A stretch of DNA of 64,000 bases from Oceanispirochaeta sp. (GTDB lineage Bacteria; Spirochaetota; Spirochaetia; DSM-2461). Made by a program: the position numbers and the translations under genes. The stretch spans positions 512,001 to 576,000 of the forward strand of contig CAXXOA010000001.1 of NCBI GenBank assembly GCA_963666275.2, in the 5' to 3' direction. Shown piece by piece: positions 9,941 through 18,818 of this stretch (within the stretch, counting starts at the first letter, position 1; the number at the start of each line of letters is the position of its first letter). Below the pieces are notes generated by a model. The model worked only from the letters and a program-made list of their open reading frames with translations. It did no database searches and was not told the DNA's origin.

Positions 9941-11281
9941 TCAGAAGGGAAGCTGGTCCCCTTCGCCGATGGCCTGCTGCCACTGGAAGTAGCCGTTCAG
10001 GTAATCGAAGATGGCTGAATAGTAGTTCAGTCTGGCGCCGGAGAGGCTCAGACGGGCGTCTTTCAAATCCAGCTGGGTGGCCATACCGTTCCTGGAGGAT
10101 ATTTCCATAATGTTGTAGGCTTTTTCCGCTGTTTTCAGGGTTGTCTCGGCTGATACAATGCGGGAGGATGCTTCATCCAGCTGAAGCTGGATATTTCGGA
10201 TTTCCGTACGGATATCATCTTGAGATTTCAGCAGATCCACCCGGGAGTTTTCCAGCTCCAGCCGGGCCTGCTCCATCTGGGCAAAACGGCTGCCTCCATA
10301 GTAAATGGGAATGGTCAGGCTCAGTCCGGCCATCATGGCATCGGTTCCATCGTTAAAATCAAAATCATCACTGGATTTCTGCCAGCCATAGGAGAAAGAG
10401 GCCGAAAGGGTGGGGAAGAACTGGGCTCTTACAGCACTCACATTGATCTCTCTAAGTTTTATCTCTCCCTGCTGGGCCTGATAGTCCGGGCGGGAGGAGA
10501 AAATCTCACCCAGCGCGATGTTCGTATCCGCATCGGGTATTTCCGTCAGGGATTCTGTGAGTTCAATTGGCTCTTCCGGGGCAAGGCCTGCCAGATGTTT
10601 CAGATTAGATAGGGCCATATCTCTGTTTCGGGCGGCCTGTGTGGTTTCGGGGATATTCATCTGCCAGTTCACCTGGGCCTGAAGGACTTCCAGTTCCGAA
10701 GCCAGATCGTTGTCGAACTTTTTCTGGATATCCTCATAGGTTTCCCGGGCATTCTGTTCGGTTTCTGAAGTGACCTGATACACCTCTTCCATCAGTTTCG
10801 TCTGATAGTACACCTGCTTGGCCGCTGTCAGGATGCCCTGCCGGGTGGCTTCGTAGATGGTGCCTGTCATATTTTTATACTGACGGCTCGCCTCCAGGGC
10901 TTTGAAAACCTGCATGTCGAAGAGGAGCTGCTGAACACCTACGCCATAGGAGAATTCATTGTCATAGTTATATGGTATATCTGCATAGATAAGATCCTGA
11001 TAACCATAGTCATTTGTATATGGATAGGCTCCCACAGGATAGGGCTGGGTGATTTCAATGAAATTTCTCGTATACCCCACGCTTCCCGCGATCATGGGCC
11101 TGGTCTGGGACCGGGCCAGCTTATCCTGAACATCCGCCAGTTTCTGACTGATATCCGCCTGATACAGGTCTTTGCTGTTCTCCTCAACCAGGGCCATATA
11201 GTCGGCCAGACTGAGCTCCAGTGCCGGAAGAGTCCATAATGCCGCCAGGGACAGGAGTAGGGTCAGTAACAGTTTTTTCAT
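9941..11281 (-). CDS. TolC-family outer membrane efflux protein
   Basis: Signal peptide, two OEP repeats (A-x-FFPTLS, GxATQLDLKDAR); last gene of an MFP-RND-OMF operon. Confidence 0.92.
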   Translation of the reverse strand: MKKLLLTLLLSLAALWTLPALELSLADYMALVEENSKDLYQADISQKLADVQDKLARSQTRPMIAGSVGYTRNFIEITQPYPVGAYPYTNDYGYQDLIYADIPYNYDNEFSYGVGVQQLLFDMQVFKALEASRQYKNMTGTIYEATRQGILTAAKQVYYQTKLMEEVYQVTSETEQNARETYEDIQKKFDNDLASELEVLQAQVNWQMNIPETTQAARNRDMALSNLKHLAGLAPEEPIELTESLTEIPDADTNIALGEIFSSRPDYQAQQGEIKLREINVSAVRAQFFPTLSASFSYGWQKSSDDFDFNDGTDAMMAGLSLTIPIYYGGSRFAQMEQARLELENSRVDLLKSQDDIRTEIRNIQLQLDEASSRIVSAETTLKTAEKAYNIMEISSRNGMATQLDLKDARLSLSGARLNYYSAIFDYLNGYFQWQQAIGEGDQLPF

Positions 11282-14200
11282 GCCTGGGCCTCCGCTTTTT
11301 TCATTTTTTTCAGTCGTTTTTTCTCTTTCTTGGCTTCCTTTCCCGATTCCAGGGTATTCTCAACAGCCGGAATGACAAAGAGGGTCAGGAAGGTTGCGGC
11401 AATGAGTCCTCCGATACTGACAAGACCCATGGGCTGCCGCATTTCCGCACCGGAGGATCCTATACCCATAGCCATGGGGAGCATACCCAGAATGGTAGCG
11501 ATATTGGCCATCAGAATAGGCTGGAGTTTGGTGGGACAGGCTTCCAGAAGGGCCGTCCGCACATCCTTGCCGGCGGCTCTGAGCTGGTTTGTGTATTCCA
11601 GAATCAGGATCGCATTGTTAACAACCATACCGACGAGCATGATGATAGCCATCATGGAGACCATGTTCATGGTAAACCCTCCGATCAGGAAGAGTATGAC
11701 CACTCCGATAAGGGAGAGAGGGACTGTCGACAGGATCAGCAGGGGCTGGGCAATCTTTTCCAGTATCGCCGCCAGGAGCATATAGGTCAGGATGATGGCG
11801 ATGATGAAGGCAAATCCCATCTTGGCCATGGTGTCGGCCATCATTTCCGCATCTCCGCCCCATCTCAGTTCCACTTCCCGGGGAAGCAGATCATCTGCGA
11901 TCTCTTCTATGGCCGCTGAGGCTGTACCCAGAACAGCACCGGGAAGGAGGTTGGAGCTTATGGATACAGAGGTCTTCTTGTCGATCCTTGTGAGCTGGCT
12001 GACCCCTTCCTCTATGGCTATTTCCGCAAAGAACGAGAGAGGATAGACACCGCTGCGGGTTGTCACAGGGATATTCCGGATACTTTCATAACTGGAAACT
12101 TCCGTATCCGCCAGGGTGACTCTTATATCATACTCTCTGGAATCGGACTTCATCTGAGTCATCACAAGCCCCTCGATGGAACTTCTCATACTCATGGCCA
12201 GCTCCTGGACGGTTACGCCCATTTCCGAGAGATTCTGCCTGTTAGGGTAGAGGGTAATTTCGGGTTTTCCCGCTTTGACACTGGAATTGATTCCCGTCAG
12301 GCCCGGAACGTTCCGCATCTCCTCTTTCATCAGATTGGTATACTCTTTGAGCAGATCCATATCATCGCTCTGAAGATAGAAGGCGACGGGGGCCGTTTCT
12401 CCTCCCATTCCGCCCGAGGCGGTTCCCACCCGGATAACAGCTCCGGGTATGTCGCTGAGGGCGGCACCGATCCGGCTGGCCACAATGGCATTGCTCTCCC
12501 TCAGATCCTTATGGATAAGAGTCAGGCTCAGACGGGCCATATTGGTTCCCTGATCCATGCTGGAGAGGGATCCCAGGTTGGTTACGATCTGATCCACTTC
12601 GCTGAATCCGGCAATCCTGTCTTCTATGATTTTTATGAGCTCGGCGGTCTGCGCCAGCGAGGCGTCTTCGGAAAGCTCTACTTCCACAGAGACATTACCG
12701 CTGTCCATGGCAGGCTGGAACTCAAAGGGGATCAGGGAAAACGCCGCCATGGAAAGGACAAAAAGTATCACAGTGGCCAGAATCAGCAGGCCGCTGCGGA
12801 GTCTGTTATGAAGGATCTTTTCCAGAAGGAAGGCGTAGCCTCTTTCAAGGGATTTGAAGAAATCCTCTATGCTCCGGGAAATCCTGTTTTTCTTTTTGGG
12901 CTGTTCCGGAAGGAGCAGCGATGCCAGCATGGGGGTCAGGGTAAAGGAGACCACAAGAGAAAACAGGGTGGCAATAACAACTGTCAGGGCAAAATCCCCT
13001 ATGAATTCTCCTACGATTCCGCCCATGGTTCCCAGAGGCAGGAATACACAGACATTGGTCATGGTTGAGGCGATCACCGCAATGGTTACCTCTGCCGTAC
13101 CAGATGCGGCCGCAGTTTTCCTGTCGTGTCCCATCCCTTTATGGCGGAATATATTCTCCAGAACAACCACCGAGTTCATTACAAGAACACCTACTGAAGT
13201 GGAAAGTCCCATCAGGGACATCAGGTTCAGGGTAATTCCCATCTGATTCAGGATGATGAATGTGGGTATGATCGAAAGGGGCATGGACAGGGCAACAATC
13301 AGGGTGGAACGGAAGTCATGCAGGAAGAAGAGCAGGATAGCCGCCGTAAAGATAATACCAAGGAGGATATTGCTCAGAGTATCGTTGACTGTGTCCTGAA
13401 TAAAAACCGAGTCATCCATGGTGATGCTTATATTCACACTTTCAGGAAGGGTCTTTTCCAGTTCGGGAATCAGTTCCTTTACCTCTTCGGCCACATTTAC
13501 AGGATTTCCTTCGGGAGATTTGATAATACTAAGGAGGACTGTATTATCCTGACGGATATTGTCGCCTGTGTTGAAGTAGGTTACTCTCTGGCGGACATCT
13601 TCGGAGGCAGGCTCTATCCGGGCAATCTGCCCCAGCTGACGCATTCCGGACGCCGTGGGCACTTCCACTTTTTCCAGTTCTTCCGTAGAGCTAATACGTC
13701 CGCTCAGGTTGACCGAATAGTCTTCTGTTCTGTTCTGAAAGTTACCGCCGGGCATATCCATATTGGCATAGGCCAGGATTCCGGCAACCTGAGACAGATC
13801 AATGGAGTTTTCATATATCGTCCTGTTCTGGAACTCCACCCGGATTTCCCGCTGAAAACCACCGGTTACATTCACGCTTCCTACACCATTAATCTGGGAA
13901 ATTCTGTCTTTGACTGTTCCGTCGGCCAGATAGAACAGTTCGGTGGGATCAATCTCGCCGCTCAGAAGGATCTCCATAACCGGAGAGGCGGAGATATCGA
14001 TTTTGGATGCCACAGGTGCCTCTGCCGATTCGGGCAGATCATTGACAATGGCATCGATCTTCTCTTTCACATCCTGCAGGGCTATGTCGGAGCCTTTGTC
14101 CAGTTCGAATTCCAGAATAATTATGGAAGCACTGTTCAAACTGTAGGAGGTAATTGAGTTCAGCAGGCTTATCTGGCTGACCTCATCTTCAATCTTTTTG

Positions 14201-14391
14201 GTTATAAGGTCCTCTATCTGCTGGGGGGCCGCCCCGGGATAGATTGTCTGTATGGTAATGTAGGGAATTTCCGCATCGGGCATCAGGTTGAGAGGCAGAT
14301 TGGAAAATCCTATTATCCCGAAGAGGAGCAGTCCGATCATGAGCATAGAGATCAGAACCGGTCGTTTTATGGATATATCTGATAGAAACAC
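11278..14391 (-). CDS. RND efflux permease (HAE1/AcrB-like) with non-canonical TM4/TM10 residues
   Basis: SIKRP start, YPGAAP, TM4 GVLVMNSVVVLENI, TM10 GMVVNNAIL, GAEMRQPMG; GTG at 14391 with AGGAG RBS preferred over 14421. Confidence 0.93.
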   Translation of the reverse strand: MFLSDISIKRPVLISMLMIGLLLFGIIGFSNLPLNLMPDAEIPYITIQTIYPGAAPQQIEDLITKKIEDEVSQISLLNSITSYSLNSASIIILEFELDKGSDIALQDVKEKIDAIVNDLPESAEAPVASKIDISASPVMEILLSGEIDPTELFYLADGTVKDRISQINGVGSVNVTGGFQREIRVEFQNRTIYENSIDLSQVAGILAYANMDMPGGNFQNRTEDYSVNLSGRISSTEELEKVEVPTASGMRQLGQIARIEPASEDVRQRVTYFNTGDNIRQDNTVLLSIIKSPEGNPVNVAEEVKELIPELEKTLPESVNISITMDDSVFIQDTVNDTLSNILLGIIFTAAILLFFLHDFRSTLIVALSMPLSIIPTFIILNQMGITLNLMSLMGLSTSVGVLVMNSVVVLENIFRHKGMGHDRKTAAASGTAEVTIAVIASTMTNVCVFLPLGTMGGIVGEFIGDFALTVVIATLFSLVVSFTLTPMLASLLLPEQPKKKNRISRSIEDFFKSLERGYAFLLEKILHNRLRSGLLILATVILFVLSMAAFSLIPFEFQPAMDSGNVSVEVELSEDASLAQTAELIKIIEDRIAGFSEVDQIVTNLGSLSSMDQGTNMARLSLTLIHKDLRESNAIVASRIGAALSDIPGAVIRVGTASGGMGGETAPVAFYLQSDDMDLLKEYTNLMKEEMRNVPGLTGINSSVKAGKPEITLYPNRQNLSEMGVTVQELAMSMRSSIEGLVMTQMKSDSREYDIRVTLADTEVSSYESIRNIPVTTRSGVYPLSFFAEIAIEEGVSQLTRIDKKTSVSISSNLLPGAVLGTASAAIEEIADDLLPREVELRWGGDAEMMADTMAKMGFAFIIAIILTYMLLAAILEKIAQPLLILSTVPLSLIGVVILFLIGGFTMNMVSMMAIIMLVGMVVNNAILILEYTNQLRAAGKDVRTALLEACPTKLQPILMANIATILGMLPMAMGIGSSGAEMRQPMGLVSIGGLIAATFLTLFVIPAVENTLESGKEAKKEKKRLKKMKKAEAQA

Positions 14392-14477
14392 AAATTTTCT
14401 CCTGTAATCTAAATTCCACACCCCCGCTCTTCAGCTTCGCCCGGAGACCGGGGGAAATAGGAATTGAATTGTTTCAC

Positions 14478-14512
14478 TCTTTGTTCATAGATTCTCTGGC
14501 TATGAACAAAGA
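14478..14512. repeat. 13-bp perfect inverted repeat between the adaptor and RND genes
   Basis: TCTTTGTTCATAG-N9-CTATGAACAAAGA. Confidence 0.8.
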
Positions 14513-14526
14513 AAGTTCAGTCGTAT

Positions 14527-14664
14527 CGGTCCCTGAGCGGAGCCGAATGCGGTCCCTGAGCGGAGCCGAATGCGGTCCCTGAGCGGAGCCGAATGCGGTC
14601 CCTGAGCGGAGCCGAATGCGGTCCCTGAGCGGAGCCGAATGCGGTCCCTGAGCGGAGCCGAAGG
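14527..14664. repeat. Tandem repeat, 6 x 23 bp (CGGTCCCTGAGCGGAGCCGAATG)
   Basis: Five identical units plus a sixth ending GAAGG, then a G run; no spacers. Confidence 0.97.
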
Positions 14665-14670
14665 GGGGGG

Positions 14671-15735
14671 CTATTCGTTCAGTACAAGCTGGCTGTCTGA
14701 TTCTTCCACAACCAGAACCGGAGACTGATCTCGCACAAGGGTTGATCCCTGGGTGATCAGTTTGTCATCCGGCTGGAGTCCGGCTACCACCTGGTAGAAC
14801 ATTCCCTGCCTTTCTCCGGTTTTGATAATCCTTCTGACAGCATAGCCGTCTTTATCGACGAAGACATACCAGTCATCCTGGGATTTCAGGATTTCATTCC
14901 TGTGTACCACGATGGTATCTTCTATCAGTTTGGTTTCAATATCAATTTCCGCTGTGATACCGCTGGGAATCGCATGGGCGGTATTGTCAAACCGCACCTG
15001 TACGGCAAAAGCTTTTCTCTGGTTGTCCATGGCAAGGTCTACCCGGGTCACTTCACCCTGGAGTTCAATGCCCTCCCATTCGGCTGTGGCTCTCTGGCCG
15101 GTCTGAATCTGCCGGATCTCATGATCCGCCACCCAGACTGTTGTTGTCAGGGCATCGTAATTGGATACTGTAAAGAGGCTGTCGCCGGGATGAACATTGT
15201 CCGACTCCTGAACTCCCAGCCGGATGATATAACCGGAAAGGGGCGATTTCACTTCCACCATATCCTGAACGGCAATCCAGTTGGCTCTCTGCACATCGTA
15301 CTGGGTTTTGGCATCGTCGTAAGACTGGCGGGAGATACCGTTGTTTTCATACAGGCTTGCAACCCTTTTGAAGGCCTGTTCGGCCGCTTCAAAACCGGCT
15401 TTTGCCTGGTAGTAGTTGGCGGCAGGATTACTTTTGGGAAACCGGATCACAGGCTGATCTTTTTCCACATAGTCTCCGATATTAACAAGGATCTCTTCTA
15501 CCGTATCGGAGACAAGAGATGATCCTGTTGACTCCTTCATTCCTTTCAGGGATGAGGTATAGGTCAGATAGGTGGAAAAATCCTGTTTGCCTATATTCCT
15601 CACCTTCACAGGGATGCCCTGTTCCTGGTAGATCTCCTCCATGTTCTTCATGGCGGTGGGGTCTTCTTTCTGGCAGGATACTACCAGTACAATCATCAAT
15701 AGCAGTACTATCGGTTGGATCATCTCTTTTAACAT
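14671..15735 (-). CDS. RND efflux periplasmic adaptor (MFP), lipoprotein
   Basis: Lipobox VVS-C, lipoyl halves (VNIGDYVEKDQP / VKSPLSG) around an alpha-hairpin, C-terminal GLQPDDKLITQG; ATG 15735 with AGGAG RBS. Confidence 0.92.
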   Translation of the reverse strand: MLKEMIQPIVLLLMIVLVVSCQKEDPTAMKNMEEIYQEQGIPVKVRNIGKQDFSTYLTYTSSLKGMKESTGSSLVSDTVEEILVNIGDYVEKDQPVIRFPKSNPAANYYQAKAGFEAAEQAFKRVASLYENNGISRQSYDDAKTQYDVQRANWIAVQDMVEVKSPLSGYIIRLGVQESDNVHPGDSLFTVSNYDALTTTVWVADHEIRQIQTGQRATAEWEGIELQGEVTRVDLAMDNQRKAFAVQVRFDNTAHAIPSGITAEIDIETKLIEDTIVVHRNEILKSQDDWYVFVDKDGYAVRRIIKTGERQGMFYQVVAGLQPDDKLITQGSTLVRDQSPVLVVEESDSQLVLNE

Positions 15736-15885
15736 TTCATTCTCTCCTGAATATTCTTTTAAGCCGATCCCGATCTGCACAGGGGGCCGGCTTCTTTTTC
15801 CTTCTGCATCTCCGGGAAATTCCTCTTCCCGGCGGTTTTACTATAATCTACTGTTTTTTATCCTTTGCGACTATTAACAGAATGG

Positions 15886-15918
15886 GAACAAATCTGAACA
15901 AAAAGTTCATATTTGTTC
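15886..15918. promoter_or_regulatory. Candidate OmpR-family binding site in the divergent efflux/TCS promoter
   Basis: GAACAAATCTGAAC-N5-GTTCATATTTGTTC: 10-bp-spaced GAAC direct repeats arranged as an inverted pair. Confidence 0.55.
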
Positions 15919-15994
15919 GGTCTCCTTTCATTGCTTTAACAGGTAAGCTGTGTAAAACTGTTCTTTATAAATCAAAACTCTTTGGAGACCCTGT

Positions 15995-16681
15995 ATGCAT
16001 GCCAGGCTTCTGATTGTGGAAGATGAGAAAGACATTGCAGATATAATGATTTTATACCTCAAAAAAGATGGAGTGGAAACCGTCTGGGAAGAGACGGGAG
16101 AGGGGGCATTGAAAGCCCTTGAAGAGACCTCCTTCGATCTTGTTGTTCTTGATATCAATCTTCCGGGGATGGACGGATTCGAAACTCTCCGGAAACTGCG
16201 GCAGAAAACGCAGATCCCTGTGATCATTGTTTCCGCCCGCCAGGAAGACGTGGATATGATCCTCGGCTTCGGCACCGGAGCGGATGATTATGTGACCAAG
16301 CCATTCAGCCCCAGTGTGCTTGTTGCCAGGATACGGGCTCATCTGCGGAGGGTGGAAGATTCCTCTCCGGACGAACCGGATCTGGTTTTCGGAAATTTTC
16401 ACCTGGATATCCATCGCCGCATACTCACGGAAAACGGGAAAATCATCAATCTTTCCCCCCGGGAGATGGAGCTTCTGCTGTTTTTGGCAGCCGAACCGGG
16501 GAAAGCCTTTTCCCAGGAGGAGCTTTATAAACAGATATGGGGGAATGAATTCGGTGATATGAGTACCGTTTCGGTGCATGTCAGGCGTCTCAGGCGTAAG
16601 CTGGGGGAGGATGCCAATCCCCGGCATATCCGGACCCGATACGGATATGGATACTATTTTCAGGGAGATGATATAAATTGA
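15995..16681 (+). CDS. OmpR/PhoB-family response regulator
   Basis: LIVEDE, LDINLPGMDG, GADDYVTKPF, winged-helix VSVHVRRLRRKL...RTRYGYGY. Confidence 0.96.
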   Translation: MHARLLIVEDEKDIADIMILYLKKDGVETVWEETGEGALKALEETSFDLVVLDINLPGMDGFETLRKLRQKTQIPVIIVSARQEDVDMILGFGTGADDYVTKPFSPSVLVARIRAHLRRVEDSSPDEPDLVFGNFHLDIHRRILTENGKIINLSPREMELLLFLAAEPGKAFSQEELYKQIWGNEFGDMSTVSVHVRRLRRKLGEDANPRHIRTRYGYGYYFQGDDIN

Positions 16682-18075
16682 AACATCACAGACCCCGGTT
16701 CAGCTGGCGGATGATCATTCTCAATCTCATCCTGCCTCTGAATCTCATGATTCTGATGTTCGTACTTTTTATCCAGGTATGGTATCTTCAGTTTGAAGTC
16801 GATACAGGAGATATACAGGCTAAAAGGTATCTGGTAGATCCTCTGAAAGAGATATTCAGTAACAAACCGGAACAGGAAAAGGAAATCCCCGACTGGATTG
16901 TCCTGGTGACCCTGGAAGACGGACAGATCTATTACCCCTTTGAGGATATAGAGTCCCTTATTGTTGAGTGGGGACTTCCGCCTGAAAACAAGCTCGAATC
17001 TTTCCTGTCCCTGATGGCCCGGCATGTTCTGACGGAAATGAGCCAGGTGAGTTTTTTCTATAAAGGGCAGCGGGGACTTTGCTTCTATCTGGATGATCAG
17101 CTTCCCAGCGCTTTCAAGGTTCTCCAGAAGCCCAGATACCTTATCAACCTTTTTATGGTGAGTACACTCTTCTTTCTGCTTGGCGCGGGGATCATGCACA
17201 ATCTCAAAAAGAATATGTTAGAACTGATCCTGGCAGCACAGCGGTTCAGTGAATTTGATTTTACCACCCCCATCGTCTCCCGCAAGGATAATGAGCTCAG
17301 TGATGTGTTCACTGCCTTTGAAAATATGAGGAAAGAGCTGAAACGCTCCCGGGAACAGGCCATCCTTTTCATGATGTCCCTCTCGCATGATCTGAAAACG
17401 CCCCTCACGTCCATACGGGGATATCTTGAGGCTTTCCGGGATGGTGTGATAGAGAGTCCCGAAGAACAGGCTCAGGCGATTGATGTGCTTCTGAAAAAAT
17501 CAGGTCTTCTGGATGAACGCATCAATGAATTATTGGGATTCGCCCAGGATGCATCGGCCCAGGCTTACTGTATGAAAGAGGACATCCCAGTCAAATCCTG
17601 GGTGTCCGAACTGCATCAGTACTGCCGGGAGGAATCGGATCTGTTCAGTAAAAAATTCACTTTTACCGATTCCTGTCCTGAGAACCTTCTCCTGCCGGGA
17701 ACTGAAAAAAGACTGACCAGAGCAATTCATAATCTCTATGACAATGCCAACCGGTATACTGCCGGAGGTGAGCAGATCCGTCTCTCCTGTGCCTATGACG
17801 GGGCAGCCTCTCAGATCATCATCCGCATGGACGACAGCGGTCCCGGCGTCAGAGAGGAGGACAGGGAGAAGGTATTTGAACTCTTTTTCAGAAAGGACAG
17901 GGGCCGTAACACCCGGGGAATGGGGATCGGACTTGCTTCGGTCAAGTTTGTCACTGAGATTCACGGGGGAACGGTTGTATGCAGAGAGTCAGACCTGGGA
18001 GGCGCCTGTTTTGAGGTTCGTCTCCCGGTCTATTTGTCTGAGCAATCAGGTTCCCAGGACCTGATCGACAGTTGA
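16678..18075 (+). CDS. Membrane sensor histidine kinase (HAMP-HisKA-HATPase)
   Basis: Two TM segments, SHDLKTPLTSIRGY H-box, NLYDNA, DDSGPG, GMGIGL. Confidence 0.95.
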   Translation: MKHHRPRFSWRMIILNLILPLNLMILMFVLFIQVWYLQFEVDTGDIQAKRYLVDPLKEIFSNKPEQEKEIPDWIVLVTLEDGQIYYPFEDIESLIVEWGLPPENKLESFLSLMARHVLTEMSQVSFFYKGQRGLCFYLDDQLPSAFKVLQKPRYLINLFMVSTLFFLLGAGIMHNLKKNMLELILAAQRFSEFDFTTPIVSRKDNELSDVFTAFENMRKELKRSREQAILFMMSLSHDLKTPLTSIRGYLEAFRDGVIESPEEQAQAIDVLLKKSGLLDERINELLGFAQDASAQAYCMKEDIPVKSWVSELHQYCREESDLFSKKFTFTDSCPENLLLPGTEKRLTRAIHNLYDNANRYTAGGEQIRLSCAYDGAASQIIIRMDDSGPGVREEDREKVFELFFRKDRGRNTRGMGIGLASVKFVTEIHGGTVVCRESDLGGACFEVRLPVYLSEQSGSQDLIDS

Positions 18076-18690
18076 AAGAAGGATGGGATCCACTTCAAGG
18101 TTCCTGAGGAACTTATGTCCCTCCAGGTCCAGATCCTTGTGAATCCTGGCTGTATCCACAATCATTCTGACAGAGCTCTCAATAGGTGTTTTTGCTGTAT
18201 TCATAACCAGATCAAAAGCATTGTTCCTGTCCGGGTGGCTGTGAAACCATTTTTCCACGAAGGTTTTCCGTATCTTATCCTGTTTCATTATCTCTTCCAT
18301 GGCAGCTATACGGGTTGGATATTCCCCATTCTGCATCAATCTGTTCACCCTCTCATCCAGAGGGGCCCATAAACGGACATTCAGAACATCTGAATAATCA
18401 GGAAAAACTGCAAAACTTCCTCTGCCGAGAATGACCACATTGCCGTGGACCGCCAGGGCCTGCATAATCCTTCTCAGAAAATCAATAACCTCTTCCTGGA
18501 AAGAGTCCATCCTGTCAAGAAATCCCGGAGCAGATTCATAGACCTGGGAAAATTCAACCATTCCATACTGGTCCATGATTTTTTCAATGGTCTCTTTGGT
18601 AACGAAATGATATCCCAGTTCATCCGCTACCTGCCGACCGATCGTCCTGCCCCCGCTATTAATCAGACGGGATATGGTAATAACTTTCAT
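18046..18690 (-). CDS. Cytidylate kinase-like family protein
   Basis: VITISRLINSGGRTIG P-loop variant, VVILGRG, FDLVMNT; GGAGG RBS; 30-bp convergent overlap with the kinase gene. Confidence 0.85.
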   Translation of the reverse strand: MKVITISRLINSGGRTIGRQVADELGYHFVTKETIEKIMDQYGMVEFSQVYESAPGFLDRMDSFQEEVIDFLRRIMQALAVHGNVVILGRGSFAVFPDYSDVLNVRLWAPLDERVNRLMQNGEYPTRIAAMEEIMKQDKIRKTFVEKWFHSHPDRNNAFDLVMNTAKTPIESSVRMIVDTARIHKDLDLEGHKFLRNLEVDPILLSTVDQVLGT

Positions 18691-18769
18691 TACGTTACCT
18701 CCTGACTCTAATTATAAGATTAATTTTCAGGGAATGTATTGACCTGACCGGATTTCCTGAATATTTTAA

Positions 18770-18799
18770 AGATATAAATATATCGATATAAAACTATCT
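18770..18799. promoter_or_regulatory. Operator-like palindrome upstream of the Fe-ADH gene
   Basis: AGATA-N4-TATATCGATATA-N4-TATCT, symmetric, in the divergent intergenic region. Confidence 0.5.
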
Positions 18800-18818
18800 A
18801 AATTGTGAGGTAATCAGA

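Noticed and set aside
14527..14664. 23-bp repeats as a CRISPR array
   Set aside because: Units are directly adjacent with no unique spacers, and no cas genes are present in the window
14500..14673. Stop-codon read-through fusing the adaptor to the RND across the repeat (minus strand of the repeat has no stops)
   Set aside because: The adaptor frame meets another TAG shortly after the array, so no fusion is possible
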